In this document: positions 61,323 through 64,000 of the stretch, piece by piece
Layout: the number at the start of each line of letters is the position of its first letter
How positions within the stretch are numbered: position 1 is the stretch's first letter
Source: Candidatus Hydrogenedentota bacterium
GTDB taxonomy: Bacteria > Hydrogenedentota > Hydrogenedentia > Hydrogenedentales > SLHB01
Assembly: GCA_963668025.2 (NCBI GenBank)
Contig: CAXXTH010000023.1
Coordinates: forward strand, 96,001-160,000
Reading direction: 5' to 3'
DNA: 64,000 bases
The notes under the pieces: model-generated
What the model was told of the DNA's origin: nothing
The model's database searches: none
Seen by the model: only the letters and a program-made list of their open reading frames with translations
Position numbers and translations under genes: made by a program

Positions 61323-61654
61323 CGCTTGCCTCCTTTGAGTCCGAAGGTGTTCTTGTCCGCGCGGACAAAGCGGTCTTCCCGAGCCACCTTTTTGGTGAGG
61401 GAAGACACCAGGCTTTCCCGGTCCACCGTAATGCCGAAGACCGCATGAATGCGACTCAGGATCTCATTGACATGAAGGGGATGAGCGGCCCTCAAGAGTA
61501 TGTCATATGCCATATCTACTTGCGACATACTTGTTCTGGGTCGTGGCTCCTCCCTGGATTCTTCCCCCCTACGCAGACGGCGCACCGCCCGAAGCTGCGC
61601 CTCAAGCCCTTTTTCCATAGCCTCTAGGATCGTGTCACGCAATTCGTCATTCAT
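61319..61654 (-). CDS. Winged-helix (HARE-HTH-like) protein coupled to the IS701-like transposase
   Basis: AYDILLRAAHPLHVNEI...SLVSSL...FVRADKNTFGL; stop overlaps the transposase ATG (ATGA); GGAGG RBS. Confidence 0.75.
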   Translation of the reverse strand: MNDELRDTILEAMEKGLEAQLRAVRRLRRGEESREEPRPRTSMSQVDMAYDILLRAAHPLHVNEILSRIHAVFGITVDRESLVSSLTKKVAREDRFVRADKNTFGLKGGKR

Positions 61655-61682
61655 GGCGCTGCCCTCCTGCCTAGCCAACAAG

Positions 61683-61711
61683 ATTGTAGCACAAACGAGT
61701 CGGTATGTCAA
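61683..61711 (-). promoter_or_regulatory. Near-consensus sigma70 promoter
   Basis: TTGACA-17 bp-TACAAT with extended TG, upstream of the wHTH gene. Confidence 0.7.
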
Positions 61712-61897
61712 TATATCTTTTCAATGACCGGCGGTGAAGAATAGCGGCGCCCCAGGGTCAGGCGTTGAGGTGATGCGGGTTAGACGGGGGGTGGCGAGGC
61801 CGACAGGCGACAGGAGGGGCAGCGGCTGTGCGTAAAGCCGGTGAATGGATGGGCGAGACGTGTAGGGCGGCGGCGCAACCGGGAACGCGCGGGCGCC

Positions 61898-63334
61898 CTA
61901 TGCGGAACTGAAGCGGATCTGGATGGCCTCGGTGCAGAGGGCGTCATATTGTTCGCGGGACAGGGTGGCGTTGCGCAGGGCTTCGAGGAGGCGATGGGCA
62001 AGGTTTCTGGCGGAGCCAAAGCCTTTTGGAAAGTGGGCGGCCAGAAGGCTGCCATCCTCCAGGAGTTGCATGAGCAGATGGGCTATCTGCATCAAGAGGT
62101 AGTAGATCTTGCTGGCCTGTTCGTTTTGGGTATAGGCGTGTTCGAGGTTGTAGCCGCCGTTTTTCTGCACGTTGAATGCTTCATTTTCAATCTTCCAGCG
62201 TAAGCGTCCTCCTTCATTGGCCAAGGCGGCCGCATTGTGCGCGGATACGGATACGTTGGTCACCCATTTGAACTTGGTTTTCTTTATCATGCCTTCCGCG
62301 TCCGGGCGGGTGTCCACGCATTCGAGCACGGACAGGATGTGTTCACGCCGCTCGGAATCGCGGTAGGGGATGTCGTTGACCCAGCGAAACTGCTGGTGGA
62401 TTTCCTTCTTGTTGCCGCAACGCCACGTAAGCTGGTTTTCGGGCGTCGCGGCCGCGAGGCTCTCGAATTCTTCGTTCACGGTGGCCAATTGGCCGTCCGT
62501 GAGCGTAATCATGAACTTCCAGCCATATTGCTGGCACAGCCGAAACACCGGTCCCGTGGCGTACAGGCCGTCCATCGCCAACAGCAGCGGCAAGCGGGGG
62601 AATCGGGCATGCAGGCGTGGGGCCAGCCGGTAGAAGGCTTTGGTCTCGCAATCCTGCTTGCGTTGTTGCTCGCTTTTCGCCAGGTCTTTCTCTGGATTCT
62701 CAATGAACTCCGTCATGAGCGAAAAGACCCACCCGTTTGGCGTGACGATCTTGGACTCCAGCACGGGATGGTAGTAGGTGATCTTGCCGCTCTTGTGCTT
62801 GCGCGTGAGGCAATGGGCGCAGTGGCGATGATCATAACTGCGTGTCCCCGTGGCGTCGATGGCCGCCACGTAGTAGCGCCCGAACAGGCGGTGGGGGTAC
62901 AACACCTTCTTGTCGATGAGCGTCTGCGTCATGCCGGAAACGAGTTCCTGGACCGCCTCGAACGGCAAACCGCGAAATACCCCGTTCATCGTATCGCCAT
63001 GCGGCACGCTGTCCACGTCAAACAAGACCTTGTACAGATGGACCATGAACGTCGTGTACAACTGCAGGCGGACTTGCCGGCGCGCCCCGAGCCGGCATGC
63101 GAACATCAGCACTCCCAAGAACACCAGCGACGCGACACTGTAGTCCACGTCGCCGGCTTGCTCGGGTTTGCGGGGATCGGGCAAGCCCGCAAAGCGCTTG
63201 CGCACCGGGCCAAAGAAGTGGGTGAACGTCCTCAAGAAGGCCCGGATGATTTCCGGATGCTCTTCTTGCGGGTTTGCAGGAACTGCCGTTGGGCCGCGCC
63301 CATGGCCTCGACGAGCTTCTTGAGCTTTTTCCAT
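61898..63334 (-). CDS. DDE transposase (copy 2)
   Basis: Translation identical to 30179-31615. Confidence 0.9.
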   Translation of the reverse strand: MEKAQEARRGHGRGPTAVPANPQEEHPEIIRAFLRTFTHFFGPVRKRFAGLPDPRKPEQAGDVDYSVASLVFLGVLMFACRLGARRQVRLQLYTTFMVHLYKVLFDVDSVPHGDTMNGVFRGLPFEAVQELVSGMTQTLIDKKVLYPHRLFGRYYVAAIDATGTRSYDHRHCAHCLTRKHKSGKITYYHPVLESKIVTPNGWVFSLMTEFIENPEKDLAKSEQQRKQDCETKAFYRLAPRLHARFPRLPLLLAMDGLYATGPVFRLCQQYGWKFMITLTDGQLATVNEEFESLAAATPENQLTWRCGNKKEIHQQFRWVNDIPYRDSERREHILSVLECVDTRPDAEGMIKKTKFKWVTNVSVSAHNAAALANEGGRLRWKIENEAFNVQKNGGYNLEHAYTQNEQASKIYYLLMQIAHLLMQLLEDGSLLAAHFPKGFGSARNLAHRLLEALRNATLSREQYDALCTEAIQIRFSSA

Positions 63335-63579
63335 TCCTCAATCCATTGCGCCACTTCGCGGCGCAATTCACGGGGCACGTGGAGGGTGCGGGTCTTCCCG
63401 CCCTCCTTCCACGTCAGCAGGGCCGTTTCATGGATCGGCCCTTCCTGGACGCACCGGCAGCGCGGGTTCCCGCAGCGGCTGCGGGTGATGGTGAGCGTGG
63501 CGGGAAGAAAGGGCCCCAGACGCGCCAGGCGCGCCTGGACCTTGCGTCCCGCCGAGTTCGTGACAGGTTTCCCTTCCAT
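63232..63579 (-). CDS. DUF6788-like accessory protein (copy 2)
   Basis: Translation identical to 31513-31860. Confidence 0.75.
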   Translation of the reverse strand: MEGKPVTNSAGRKVQARLARLGPFLPATLTITRSRCGNPRCRCVQEGPIHETALLTWKEGGKTRTLHVPRELRREVAQWIEEWKKLKKLVEAMGAAQRQFLQTRKKSIRKSSGPS

Positions 63580-63864
63580 GTACGGAAGTATATATACTTC
63601 CGTACCAGAAGTCAACAAAAAAAAGCGCCGATGCGAAGAAAAAACTCCCCGCACCGGCGCATCCTCAACTCATTCAACTGCTTCTACGCGAAAAAAAAGC
63701 GGTTCTTCACCGCTGCATCCATTCAAGATTCCACGGAAACAGCCAAGCCTGGTTTTGCCTATGCCATGCTTCGGATTGGTTGTGCCTCGTGGGAAGGGCG
63801 TGATACCATGCCCTCCCTACCGGCGAAGAAGCATGCCCATTATACTTTGGAACGGATGAATTGA

Positions 63865-64000
<136 letters not shown>

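Larger units (their letters stand above)
30010..63715. mobile_element. Putative 33.7-kb composite transposon bounded by the two IS copies
   Basis: 9-bp direct repeat CATCCATTC at 30001-30009 and 63716-63724, flanking only the outer ends. Confidence 0.65.
61729..63715 (-). mobile_element. Insertion sequence copy 2
   Basis: Same sequence as 30010-31996 (offset 31719; identical ORF translations); left IR reads CGGCGGTGAAGAA (A>G at position 2). Confidence 0.95.

Noticed and set aside
31997-61728. Individual target-site duplications for each IS copy
   Set aside because: The flanks of copy 1 (CATCCATTC / AATCGTTTA) and of copy 2 (TTCAATGAC / CATCCATTC) do not match within a copy; only the outer pair matches.

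Overview
GC-rich bacterial chromosomal window. The gene repertoire (V-type ATPase, an H-X9-DG-type remnant, large secreted repeat proteins) is reminiscent of Candidatus Hydrogenedentes or a PVC-like lineage, which is inference only. Core content: a Na+-type V/A-ATPase operon with two toxin-antitoxin-like pairs inserted either side of subunit B, plus ilvC, trpS, rlmD-like, cheR, pcm-yggT-thpR-nnrE, rel, glyA, pgl, purE, alaS-ruvX-mltG, mgtE and the start of cmk. The most notable structures read from the DNA are four. (1) Two near-identical 1987-bp IS copies (30010-31996, 61729-63715) whose outer flanks share the 9-bp direct repeat CATCCATTC, i.e. an apparent 33.7-kb composite transposon carrying alaS and other housekeeping genes. 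(2) A GxxExxY (PD-(D/E)XK-like) gene sandwiched between two ~150-bp AT-rich hairpin elements whose arms are built from 9-nt units, inserted between alaS and ruvX; several orphan hairpins or half-hairpins of the same architecture but different sequence lie in other intergenic regions. (3) A TetR-Rnk fusion regulator with a clear promoter and candidate operators. (4) A nested IS1380/IS701 junction joining two truncated genes. No rRNA, tRNA or CRISPR array was recognised.
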